A DNA stretch of 64,000 nt from the human T2T-CHM13v2.0 reference genome, Homo sapiens: NCBI RefSeq assembly GCF_009914755.1, contig NC_060935.1. One strand, given 5' to 3'. Position 1 is the first letter of the stretch; every line of letters begins with the position of its first letter. Below the pieces are notes generated by a model that made no database searches, was not told the DNA's origin, and saw only the letters and a program-made list of their open reading frames with translations. Both the position numbers and the translations under genes were made by a program. This document shows, one piece after another, positions 1 through 14,864 of the stretch.

Positions 1-844
1 AAATCAAGCCAGATTTCTCTTAATCATCATCAGGAAGACAAAAAGGTATAGCTTTGGAGCATCAAGCCACAATTTCACACTCCATTTGCACAAGAACTCA
101 GAAGGCCACTAATGTGCTGTTTGCTTTTTAGCAAGCATCTCTGCAGTCATCACTGAAATGCATTTTGGCGCACCTTCCAGGGCATGGGAGCTATTTATGA
201 GAGCTTGTCTTGAAGTGCCTATGCTATCTGCAAACTGGACCTGGCCGGGAGACAACTGCGATTGGACCAAGAGAACTTTGATATGTGAGAAAGGTAAAAG
301 TGGATGTCACTTTTCATTTATGTCAACGCTTTCTGCCCCTCAACCAATTCAGTCCTATTTGCCAGGCACTTGTAGGATTCACCCTTCACCAACCCTCTTC
401 TACACCACTTGACAGTATAAAATAGTCTGCTTTAACTCATGGCAATGACCCAAGTCACATCCAGCTTTTCTTTGCACGCTCGAGGCATTGGCTGAGGATA
501 AAAATTGTCCCTGGCTTTCTCCCTTTCCTGCCATACAACACCCCTAGATCAGGAAGCATCCTTCCCAAACACACGCCATGTGAAACATGCAAAGTATCAA
601 GAGAAACTGAGGTGAAATAATCACTTTTGTCTCAAAATATGCTCCCATCATCACTATAATGCCAGCACTTCCTGCTAGGTTCTGAGCTCTTGCTGTTTTC
701 CAAACCACCAAGAAGTAATTTATAAGCAGGTTTGCTTTCATTCAATCCTCTAATTACTGAATCCCAGCTATAGTACAGGCACCAAGAATATGGGAGAATC
801 CCTTCTCTGGAGGAAGCTTACAATCTACCAAGGTCACTATACAA

Positions 845-870
845 ACACACACACACACACACACACACAC
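845..870. repeat. (AC)13 microsatellite
   Basis: Direct reading of the AC run. Confidence 0.95.
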
Positions 871-915
871 CCCCATATATCACTAAGCAAATACACACAC
901 ATACATATATGTCAC

Positions 916-1423
916 TGTATTAATCAGGGTTCTCTAGAGGGACAAAACTAATGGAAAACATAGATAAAATATAATATAATATAATATAATATAATATAAT
1001 ATAATATAATATAATAATTGCATATATATACATAAAGGAGAGTTTATTAAGTATTAACTCACATGATCACAAGGTCCCACAATAGGCCATCTGCAGGCTG
1101 AGGAACAAGAAAAGTCAGTCAGAGTTCCAAAACTGAAGAACCTGGAGTCGAATGTTCAAGGGCAGGAAGCATCCAGCACAGGAGAAAGATGTAGGCCAGG
1201 AGGCTAGGCCCATCTTTCTTTTCACATTTTTCTGCCTGCTTATATTCTAGCCTTGCTGGCAGGTGATTAGATTGTGCCCACCCAGATTAAGGGTGGTTCT
1301 GCCTTTCCCAGCCCACTGACTCAAATGTTAATCTCCTTTGGCAACACCCTCACAGACACACCCAAGATCAATAGTTTGCATCCTTCAATCCAATCAAGTT
1401 GATACTCAATATTAACCATTGCA
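916..1423 (-). mobile_element. MLT2A1-like solo LTR (HERV-L) containing an internal (ATAAT)9 expansion at 971-1015
   Basis: TG...CA termini and a perfect 5-bp TSD GTCAC (911-915 / 1424-1428). The body matches the recalled MLT2A consensus (tgtattaatcagggttctctagagggac ... caatccaatcaagttgatactcaatattaacca). Confidence 0.88.
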
Positions 1424-1559
1424 GTCACACACGTGTGTGTGTGTGTGTATGTGTGTGTCTGTGTTTGCTTAGTGACATAGATATATACAATGTGCTGGAA
1501 TGGTGGTGTGCACACATGCATATACAGGAGCACAGAGAAGGAGCACAGAGATAGAGAAA

Positions 1560-2580
1560 TTAGAGCTGATTCCTGGGGTAGAAGATACATTATTAGCTGA
1601 ATCCTCAAAGATATGTAAGAATTAGTCGGGAAGAAAAGAAGAAAGAAGGCAGAGGAAATCATAGGAACAAAGGCACAGAAGCAAGAAATCTAAGGGGAGA
1701 CAGGAACAGGCAGTTTTGTACTATAAGAGTGAACATATGAGGCTAGGAATGAAATGAGATAAAGCAAGACAGACAAACCAGGGCCAGGTCATGGGAGGCC
1801 TTGTATGCCATGCCAAGCAACATAGATTTTGTTCCAGGCAGGGGAGCCGTTGAAGGGGTTTCAGCAGGGGAGCTATAGGATGAGATTTATGCTATGTGCA
1901 GATCACTATTGTTCCTGAGCAGAGGATGAATTTAAGAGGGAAAAGGTAGAAGCAGGTGGTGGTTAGGAAGCTGTGGCAACAGATCAGAAAGGCGGTTATG
2001 AGGGTGATCATCATGGAGACAAAGTGAGGGGATGGATTCAAGAAAATATGTGTGTGGGGGGGGAACTGGCAGTATTTAGTGATTACCTGGATCTATGAAG
2101 TAAAAAAGAGGTAGAAGATTAAGATGACTCCCAGGTTTGTCACTTCAGTAACTATGAATACAAATATAGAAGAAGAAGTTCGTGTAAGGAGGTAAATGGA
2201 CGCTGTGCTCTGTCTTATGCACATTGCATCTGTGAAGATGTCTATGGGAAGATGCTCAGTGGATATGTCCAGAACTGGTATCTGGAATCTATAACTAAGG
2301 GATGAGGTCAGGTCAGGAGACAGAGATGTGTGCGTTATTAGCCTATAGGAGTTATTAAAATCACAAACAATATGGGAGTCACTTTATCAAAAAGTGTTTC
2401 ACAAGAGTAGCAGTAAGAACTCTGAGAGAGGGCTGACAACTACCATTGTTGAAGGGGAAAGAAACATAAGAGCAGTCCATGAAAAACAGCAGAGAAACAC
2501 AGCAAAAGGAAGAGAACCAGGTGAGAGTTACAGAACCCAGGGAGGCAGAGAGTTTCAGGAAGAATGGATTTGTGGAAAAA
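1560..2580 (-). mobile_element. L2 LINE fragments (ancient)
   Basis: Purine-rich degenerate sequence with typical antisense L2 motifs (ggccttgtatgccatgccaag, ggggagccgttgaagggg, gatgactcccaggtt). Boundaries approximate. Confidence 0.6.
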
Positions 2581-2862
2581 CAAAGCAAACTGAATATATA
2601 TATTTACCTCTTTCTTCTCAAGAAAAAAAAAGCATCATAAAAAAACATATTTTTTATTATACTTTAAGTTTTAGGGTACATGTGCACAACGTGCAGGTTA
2701 GTTACATATGTATACATGTGCCGTGTTGGTGTGCTGCACCCATTAACTCATCATTTAACATTAGGTATATCTCCTAATGCTGTCCCTCCCCCTTCCCCCC
2801 ACCCCACAACAGGCCCCAGAGTGTGTGATGTTCCCCTTCCTGTGTCCATGTGTTCTCATTGT

Positions 2863-6692
<3,830 letters not shown>

Positions 6693-6755
6693 TATGATGT
6701 TAGCTGGTTATTTTGCTCATTAGTTGAGGCAGTTTCTTCCTAGCCTGGATGGTCT

Positions 6756-7771
6756 TTACAATTTGGCATGTTTTTGCAGTGGCTGGTACCGGTTGTTCCT
6801 TTCCATGTTTAGTGCTTCCTTCAGGAGCTCTTTTAGGGAAGGCCTGGTGGTGACAAAATCTCTCAGCATTTGCTCATCTGTAAAGGATTTTATTTCTCCT
6901 TCAATTATGAAGCTTAGTTTGGCTGGATATGAAATTCTGGGTTGAAAATTCTTTTCTTTAAGAATGTTGAATATTGGCCCCCACTCTCTTCTGGCTTGTA
7001 GAGTTTCTGCCGAGAGATCTGCTGTTAGTCTGATGGGCTTCCCTTTGTGGGTAACCTGACCTTTTTCTCTGGCTGCCCTTAACATTTTTTCCTTCATTTC
7101 AACTTTGGTGAATCTGACAATTATGTGTCTTGGAGTTGCTCTTCTTGAGGAGTATCTTTGTGGCGTTCTCTGTATTTCCTGAAAGTGAATGTTGGCCTGC
7201 CTTGCTAGATTGGGGAAGTTCTCCTGGATAATATCCTGCAGAGTTTTTCAAACTTGGTTCCATTCTCCCCATCACTTTCAGGTACACCAGTCAGACATAG
7301 ATTTGGTCTTTTCACATAGTCCCATATTTCTCGGAGGCTCTGTTCATTTCTTTTTATTCTTTTTTCTCTAAACTTCTCTTCTCACTTCATTTCATTCATT
7401 TCATCTTCCATCACTGATACCCTTTATTCCAGTTGATCAAATTGGCTACTGAGGCTTGTGCATTCATCATGTAGTTCTTGTGCCATGGTTTTCAGCTCCA
7501 TCAAGTCCTTTAAGGACTTCTCTGCATTGGTTATTCTAGTTAGCCATTTGTCTAATCTTTTTTCAAGGTTTTTAACTTCTTTGCCATGGGTTCAAACTTC
7601 CTCCTTTAGCTCGGAGAAGTTTGATCGTCTGAAGCCTTCTTCTCTCAACTCGTCAAAGTCATTCTCCATCCAGCTTCGTTCCTTTGCTGGTGAGGAGCTG
7701 TGTTACTTTGGAGGGGGAGAGGCGCTCTGATTTTTAGAATTTTCAGTTTTTCTGCTCTGTTTTTTTGCCAT
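6756..7771 (-). pseudogene. ORF1: L1 ORF1 (RNA-binding protein), disrupted
   Basis: ATG at 7771 (ATG GCA AAA AAA CAG) followed by a nonsense TAA at codon 23 (7705-7703). C-terminal fragment 6756-7097 reads MKEKMLRAAREKG...RPSLKELLKEAL. Confidence 0.93.
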
Positions 7772-8801
7772 CTTTGTGGTTTTATCTACCTTTGGTCTTT
7801 GATGATGGTGACGTACAGATGGGGTTTTGGTGTGGATGTCCTTTCTGTTTGTTAGTTTTCCTTCTAACAGTCAGGACCCTCAGCTGCAGGTCTGTTGGAG
7901 TTTGCCAGAGGTCCACTCCAGACGCTGTTTGCCTGGGTATCAGCAGTGGAGGCTGCAGAACAGCGAATATTGGTGAACAGCAAATGTTGCTGCCTGATCG
8001 TTCCTCTGGAGGTTTTGTCTCAGAGGAGTACCCGGCCGTGTGAGGTGTCAGTGTGCCCCTACTCGGGGGTGCCTCCCAGTTAGGCTACTCGGGGGCCAGG
8101 GACCCACTTGAGGAGGCAGTCTGTCTGTTCTCAGATCTCCAGCTGCGTGCTGGGAGAACCACTTCTCTCTTCAAAGCTGTCACACAGGGACATTTAAGTC
8201 TGCAGAGGTTTCTGCTGCCTTTTGTTTGGCTATGCCCTGCCCCCAGAGGTAGAGTCTACAGAGTCAGGCAGGCCTCCTTGAGCTGTGGTGGGCTCCACCC
8301 AGTTCGAGCTTCCTTGCTGCTTGGTTTACCTACTCAAGCCTCGGCAATGGCAGGCGCTCCTCCCCCAGCCTCGCTGCCACCTTGCAATTTGATCTCCAAC
8401 TGCTGTGCTAGCAATGAGCAAGGCTCCGTGGGCATAGGACCCTCCGAGCCAGGTGCGGGATATAATCTCCTCGTGTGCCATTTGCTAAGCCCATTGGAAA
8501 AGTGCAGTATTAGGGTGGGAGTGACCCGATTTTCCAGGTGCTGTCCGTCACCCCTTTCTTTGACTAGGAAAGGGAATTCCCTGACCCCTTGTGCTTTCCG
8601 GGTGAGGTGATGCCTCGCCCTGCTTCGGCTCATGCACAGTGCACTGCACCCACTGTCCTACACCCACTGTCCGGCCCTCTCCAGTGAGATGAACCCGGTA
8701 CCTCAGATGGAAATGCAGAAATCACCCGTCTTCTGCGTCACTCACGCCTGGGAGCTGTAGACTGGAGTTGCTCCTATTCAGCCATCTTGGCTCTACCTTC
8801 C
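7772..8801 (-). promoter_or_regulatory. L1 5'UTR with internal sense promoter and antisense promoter; YY1 core retained
   Basis: Recognisable L1PA 5'UTR. YY1 core AAGATGGC at ~8781-8788 (minus strand). Residual CpGs across 8000-8750. Confidence 0.75.
8347..8610 (+). CDS. ORF0: L1 antisense ORF0 homologue (87 aa), open
   Basis: ATG in strong Kozak context (gcaATGg). Translation MAGAPPPASLPPCNLISNCCASNEQGSVGIGPSEPG...RVGVTRFSRC matches the recalled ORF0 peptide. Expression is unknown. Confidence 0.5.
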   Translation: MAGAPPPASLPPCNLISNCCASNEQGSVGIGPSEPGAGYNLLVCHLLSPLEKCSIRVGVTRFSRCCPSPLSLTRKGNSLTPCAFRVR

Positions 8802-9099
8802 AAAAATATTTTAAGTTATAAATGCATAGACAGAATAGAATACAAGATACCTGCAGATTAGATATGTCATCAAAGTTTTGGAAATTGTTAAGGAGATGGG
8901 CAAGTGTCACTAACTTAGCAAACTGGAGGAAATTAAAACGTGTTTACAAAAAGTTTGGGGTGAGGGTGGGAATACAGAAAACATTTTACTTATACAGCAT
9001 GCTTAGGAACTGGAGAGCAAGTACCTTTGAAGTTCCAAGGATGATTGGGCTGAAAATGAAAGGTAGTTTGAAAGTTTTTATAAAGAAGAGTAAAAATAT

Positions 9100-9395
9100 C
9101 CAATCACAGTGGCTTATGCCTGTAATCCCAGTATTTGGATAGGCCGAAGCAGGAGAATCGCTTGAGGCCAGGAGTTTGAGATCAGCCTGCAGAATATAGC
9201 GAGAACCCCATGTCTACAAAAAAAAAAAAAATTAAAAATTAGGTGGGTGTGGTGGCATGCACCTGTAGTCCTACCTACTTGGGAGACTAGCAGGAGGATC
9301 ACATGAGCCCAGGAGTTTGAGGTTACAGTGAACTATGATCATACCACTGCAATGTAGCCTAAGTGACAAAGTGAAACCCTGATTCTGAAAAAAGA
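9100..9395 (+). mobile_element. AluJ element followed by a GA-rich tail (to ~9445)
   Basis: Dimeric Alu with A-rich linker. J-type diagnostics (cttgaggccaggagtttgag, gagcccaggagtttgaggttacagtga) and high divergence. Confidence 0.9.
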
Positions 9396-9449
9396 AGGAA
9401 GAAAGAAGAAGGAAGAGGAGGAAGAAGGAGAAGGAGGAGGAGGAGACTA

Positions 9450-10612
9450 ATTCCCCCTGCCCCCAGCTGGCAATTGTCCCGCCCCCCTTCCAGCTGAAGA
9501 TTGAACTTTTAACCTCTGGAGAAGCTGAACCAGAGAGATTTTTGTCTGAGGGACAGCAGGTCCAAATAAGAGTAGGAGCAAGAAATCTCAGTGAAAAGAG
9601 AATGAGTCAGTAGAACTTATATTGAGCAGTGAGATTCACATCTTCCTCTCCTCCCTGGCTACCCAAATGCTGGCAGCTCTCCTTACCCCCACTCTCAAAA
9701 ACGCATTTCCCATATCTCAAGCAGGAGGCAAAAGATGCTTCCTGTCTGGGAAAACTGACCTGCAGAAGAGAAAATAACTATACATACTGACTATTGGAGA
9801 TGCACCAATAAAATGCCAAGTCAACCTTATTAGCCTTCACTGAAATTCTGCCAAACACGAGAACTCCCAATCACGTCCACTTTCCATAATTGGAATGTGC
9901 CACTAATGGATATCACACATTCAAGGAAAGCACCTAATATGAAAAAAAGTCCAAACAAACAATTTTTATTATTATTATTATACTTTAAGTTTTAGGGTAC
10001 ATGTGCACAATGTGCAGGTTAGTTGCATATGTATACATGTGCCATACTAGTGTGCTGCACCCATTAACTCATCATTTAGCATTAGGTATATCTCCTAATG
10101 CTATCCCTCCCCCCTCCCCCCACCCCACAACAGTCCCCAGAGTGTGATGTCCATCTCGGAGGAAACAGGGGCAATGCAAAAAAGCTTCTAAAAGATATAA
10201 TTAATATCTTCAAAGACAAAAGAAGATACTGTACCCATGATGTACAAATAATATGTATTTCAAAAGAAGAAACATAATAAAACAGAAATGTTGATTGAAA
10301 ATACTATGCATGATCTCAAAAATTTTTAAATGTATTTATTAGATGAGATTAGAAGATGAAGTAAAAAGCTTATCAGAGGGTAGAAAAACAAACAAAAATG
10401 TAAAACATCCCAGACATTGAGAATTAAGGAAATGCAAGAGAGATTACATCAAGGAAATAATGCAAGAAAAGTTTCAGTATTGAAAGACATGTGTTTCCAA
10501 ATAAGAGAGTCCAACAAGTGCCAGCACAGAGGATAAAGAATAATTACATTAAAGTACATCATTGTGAAATTTCATTATAACAAAAGAGGTCCTAAAAATT
10601 TCCAAAAAGACA
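9450..10612 (+). mobile_element. Ancient L1ME/HAL1-type 5' region and ORF1 remnant (first part)
   Basis: A-rich ORF1-like motifs (caaggaaataatgcaagaaaagtttc, acatcattgtgaaatttc, gtcctaaaaatttcca). Appears to resume at ~17762. Confidence 0.5.
9963..10150 (-). mobile_element. 5'-truncated L1PA3-like 3' end (~190 bp)
   Basis: ttattatactttaagttttagggtacatgtgcacaatgtgcagg ... ccccagagtgtgatgt with a (TTA)n-type tail. Confidence 0.92.
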
Positions 10613-10614
10613 AA

Positions 10615-11372
10615 ATTCATCACCCATTTATTCGTTTATTCCACAAGTATTTATTGAAGTCCTACTATGAACAGAACTTATTCATAAGATGGCTTAAGAT
10701 TGCAGATCTGAAGGAAATTTGACAATGAGCTTTATGGGTATAAAGAGATATTAGGCAGCAAGACAGCAAGTGCAAAGTCCCTGAGGTGCAAGTGTTCTTG
10801 GCATGTCTGATGTGCAGCTCAGTAGCCAATATGGTCAGAATAGGATGAGTGAGAAGAGTGAGAAGGGGTAAGTTCAGACAACTAAGAGAGACCAAATCCA
10901 GCAGCACCTTATGACTTTGAATTTTACTCTAAGTGAGTCAGGTAGTTTTAAAGGTTTTTGAGCAAAGAACTTATAAAATCTGACACATTTTTTAAAAATC
11001 TACTCTTTCTGCAGTATTGAGAATAGACTAGGGTAGCAAGAGTCAAAGCAGAGATCTATTAGGAGGCCACTGGGATAATCCACATGAAAAAGCACAGTAC
11101 CGTGCATCCAATAGAGACTGTAAAGATAGTGAAAAGTAGCTGGATTCTAGAAAGTAAACCTGAAGAAAGTAAACCTGAAGTAAACCTAGAAAGTAAACCT
11201 GAAAGTAAACCTAGAAAAGTAAACCTGAAAGTAAACCTAGAAAGCAAACCTGAAAGGAAACCTAGAAAGTAAACCTGAAGAAAATACTTAGAAAGTACTT
11301 AGAAAGTAAAGAAAGTAAAGGAAGAAAGGGAAGGAAGGAAAGGAAGGAAGGGAGGAAAAGAAAGAAAGAAAA

Positions 11373-11442
<70 letters not shown>

Positions 11443-11822
11443 GAAAGAAAGAAAGAGAAAGAGAGAGAGAGAAAGAAAGAGAGAGAGGGGGAGGGAGGAA
11501 GGGAAGGAGGGCAAGAAGGTAAAGGAAGGAAGGAAGGAAGGAAGGAAGGAAGGAAGGAAGGAAGGAAGGATGGAAGGAAGGAAGGAAAGGAAAAGGAAGA
11601 AAGTAAAGAACGTACCTAGAAAGTAAAGAACCTAGAAAGTATCCAGAAAGTTAAGAAAGTACCTAGAAAGTAAACCTGAAAGTAAACCCAGAAAGTAAAC
11701 CTGAAGAAAATACTTAGAAACAACCTAGAAACTAAAGGAAGTAAAGGAAGAAAGGGAAGGAAGGAAGGAAGGAAGGAAGGAAGGAAGGAAGGAAGGAAGG
11801 AAGGACGGACGGAAGGAAGGAA

Positions 11823-11878
<56 letters not shown>

Positions 11879-12520
11879 AGCGAACAAGGGAAAGAAGGTA
11901 AAGGAAGGAAGGAAGGAAAGAAGGTAAAGGAAGAAAGTAAAGAAAGTACCTAGAAAGTAAAGAACCTAGAAAGTAAAGTATCTAGAAAGTTAAGAAAGTA
12001 CCTAGAAAGTAAACAGAGAAAGTAAACCTGAAGAAAGTAAACCTGAAGTAAACCTAGAAAGTAAATCTAGAAAAGTAAACCTGAATGTAAACCTAGAAAG
12101 CAAACCTGAAAGTAAAGCCAGAAAGTAAACCTGAAACTAAGGTTAGAAAGTAAACCTGAAGAAAGTACTCTAGAAAGTAAATTAGCTACTTCTTAGAAGT
12201 AGCTGGATTCTAGAAAGCAAATCCTGAAGTAGCTGGATTCTTGAAAGTAAACCTGATAGTATTTGTGTATGGTTTAGATGTAGAGTATGAGAGAAAAAGA
12301 ATAATCAAGAATGACTCTAAGCTTTTTCGCCTGAACAACTAATAGAACTATCATTTACAATGTAGAAAACTGTGGGTAGAGAAGATCTTGAATAACATTT
12401 TTGAAAAATGTTAATTTAGAGATATCTCTATTTGACATCATTTGGAGATGTCCAAAAGAGATTGGATAATACAAGTTTAGATTTCAGGGAAAGGACTGGG
12501 CTGTATATGTCACTTGGAGA
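10615..12520 (-). mobile_element. L2 (L2a-like) 3' portion, interrupted by a compound repeat; resumes at 15374-16110 and ~17530-17760
   Basis: Antisense L2 tail (attcatcacccatttattcgtttattccacaagtatttattga) and body motifs (gcaagtgcaaagtccctgagg, gactttgaattttactctaagtgag). Confidence 0.75.
11134..12256. repeat. Compound tandem array: ~12-15-bp GAAAGTAAACCT(A/G) units interleaved with (GAAA)n and (GGAA)n tracts
   Basis: Many GAAAGTAAACCT copies, (GGAA)11 at 11524-11567, (GGAA)12 at 11755-11802 and (GAAA)n runs, all read directly. Confidence 0.95.
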
Positions 12521-13715
12521 GTGGTATTAGTTAGAGTAATGATGGCTGCTGTAAGAGATAAATCCCAAATTCTCAGTGGCTTCACAAAATAGAACATTAT
12601 TTCTCACTCAAGAAATCAAAACAAATGTATATTCCTAGTTGGTGGGTGGCCTTCCTTGTGGTTATTCAATGGCCCAGGCTTCTTCCATTTGTGGCTCTGC
12701 TCTCTGTCTCAGAGTCCTCTGCATTCAGTCATAAGGTAGGGGAAAGAGATGGATAATCATATGAGAGAAGTTTTTTATAGGCCAGATCAAGAAAAGATGC
12801 AAACCACTTCCATTTGAATAGCCACATCTCATTGCAAGAAAGACTGAGATAGGTGGTCTAGCCATGTGCTTAGGAAAAGAGGACATGGGTTTAGTGAACA
12901 ACTTTCTGGTCTCTGCTACAGACAACCCTCCTGATAGGCAAACACCTGTTTCACTTCCTCCTGTATATAAAACACACAGACACATCTTGTCCCAGAGAGA
13001 TGCCACCTCAAGTCCCATCCAGCAGTTTCAAGCTGGATTCCCTGGATCCAGCTCAAATCCAGATACTTCCGGTGTGTGTTACCCTCACCCTTGGATCTGG
13101 ATGTGGCTCCTCAAAATTTATCCATCTACAAACCCCCCCCCCCCAAAAAAAAAAACTTAACTGGCCTTCCCCTCACCCACAGTCAATATTTACTAGAAGA
13201 ATAGGGAACAAGATAACCCCAATTAAACCTCTCAGTCAAAAGGGGGAAAAATAGAAGAAATGTTGCATTCACTGAGATACTGCTGGCTGAGCACAATGAA
13301 CACTCCTTCCCTGGAGGTAAGTAAATTCCTTCATCACACTCTGATTATGCTCTCCGGGAAGAACTCTCTTGTCCATTATTCTCTGTAGCAACACCCAGTG
13401 TGGCTGCTGTGGAGTAAACTCTTCTTTGTAGCTACTCGACTTTCTCAGCACACTTCCTGCTGATGCAATTTTGAGATCCCAAGTGTTAAGGCTTGAATAA
13501 TCACAGGCTTTTTAGTCTAGGCTTACAGTTCCTTGACAGTACAACTTCCTCATATCTTAGTAGACTACAAGTCTATATACTCGCTGTCAGTGCCCTTGTC
13601 AGTTACTAACAACAAGTTCTTTCCTGAATGTAATTCTCAAGCTGATGCTAACCTATAACTTGGCTTCATTGCCCCGTGCTTCTCACTCTTAAGCAAACAA
13701 AAACCAACTTCAATC

Positions 13716-14377
13716 TGCTACCAGCAGCAAATCCATATAAGTCTGCAGCAACTCCATTTTTGCCTCCTCAGAGGAAAGAATTCGGCTAAGGGGCATTAGA
13801 CAGAGTGAGAGACTAAGGCAAGTTGTAGAACAGGAACAAAAGGAAGTAAAGTACACTTGGAACAGGGGCAAGTGGGCAACTTGAGAGATACAAGTGCACT
13901 GTTTGGCCCTTGGTTTAGGGTTTTATACATTGGCATGGTTCTGGGGCTTCTGTTTCTCCTCCCTTGATTTTTCCCTTGGGGTAGCGTGTCCACATGCACA
14001 GTGACCTGCCAGCACTTGGGAGGGGCCACATGCACAGTGTGTTTACTGAAGTTGTGTGCATGCTCATTTGAAGCATTTTTCCCTTACCAGTGGTCTTGGA
14101 GGAAGGCCATATGCCAGTTAAACTCTGCCATCTTCCCTCCTAGTGCACATGCTTGAGTCCACTTGCCCAACTCCAGAGATCTTATTCGGAAGCTGCAGAT
14201 CACCAGCTTCAGGTATTTTCTATCTATTAAGAGCCTGCCCTTTCCTGGTGCCAGGTATGGCCAATTAGAGACAGTTTAACAACAACTTAACTATCCCCTG
14301 ATGGTCGCCTGACATTCCTGGGGTATAGTGGGGCTTCTCCTGTCCTGTTCATGTCTCCCTAGCTACCCACTCTAACA
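13716..14377 (-). mobile_element. MER50-like ERV1 solo LTR nested in the MLT1 internal region
   Basis: TG...CA termini. The minus strand begins tgttagagtgggtagctagggagacatgaacagg, and gcctcctcagaggaaagaattcgg matches the recalled MER50. TSD not convincing. Confidence 0.75.
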
Positions 14378-14741
14378 AAAGCAGCTGGGATAATAGGCTT
14401 GGGGAGGAAAGTTGTATTCTTAATCTAATCTTTGCATCGGGGCTCAATCATAATGGGTCTGTGCCCCTCAAAGCCTTGTTTAGTCTTATCTCTTACCTTT
14501 TGGAATTTAGAAACAGTTGGTTCTTCTAGTTGAATTTCTGTATTCTTTCTATGTCTTTCATTCTGCTTATATACCACCTGATTCTTCTGATTCTTTCTGA
14601 AGCTCATCTTTTTCCTTTAGTACCTTGCCAAAAGTAGCCAATAGCAACCAACATACACTGCTATACTTTTACTTTCTAACTCCTTCCCTATCTGTACAAG
14701 TTTACTAGCAACAAGTTTGCCTCCCAAGTTACGTTTTAACC

Positions 14742-14864
14742 CCCCATACCTCTCTGCCTTTTCATCCTACTGTTCTCACTAGCTACTCCCTTCCAGAAGC
14801 AGTGATCTCTGGTGTTCATTAAATAAACATGGGTTGCTCAAAAAAAAAACAGGAATAAAAGAAA
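14742..14864 (+). pseudogene. Severely 5'-truncated processed retrocopy (3' end of an unidentified polyadenylated RNA)
   Basis: AATAAA at 14822-14827, A10 tail starting 12 nt later (14840-14849) with an A-rich extension, and an 11-bp TSD A(C/T)GTTTTAACC at 14731-14741 and 14865-14875. Confidence 0.7.

Noticed and set aside
11134-12256. CRISPR-like repeat-spacer array, or a repetitive protein (ESKPE repeats, ORF 11084-11272)
   Set aside because: There are no unique spacers and no cas genes, and the context is eukaryotic. The peptides are translations of the tandem repeat.
12417-12430. Perfect 14-bp palindrome TAGAGATATCTCTA
   Set aside because: Palindromes with 7-bp arms are expected several times by chance in 64 kb.
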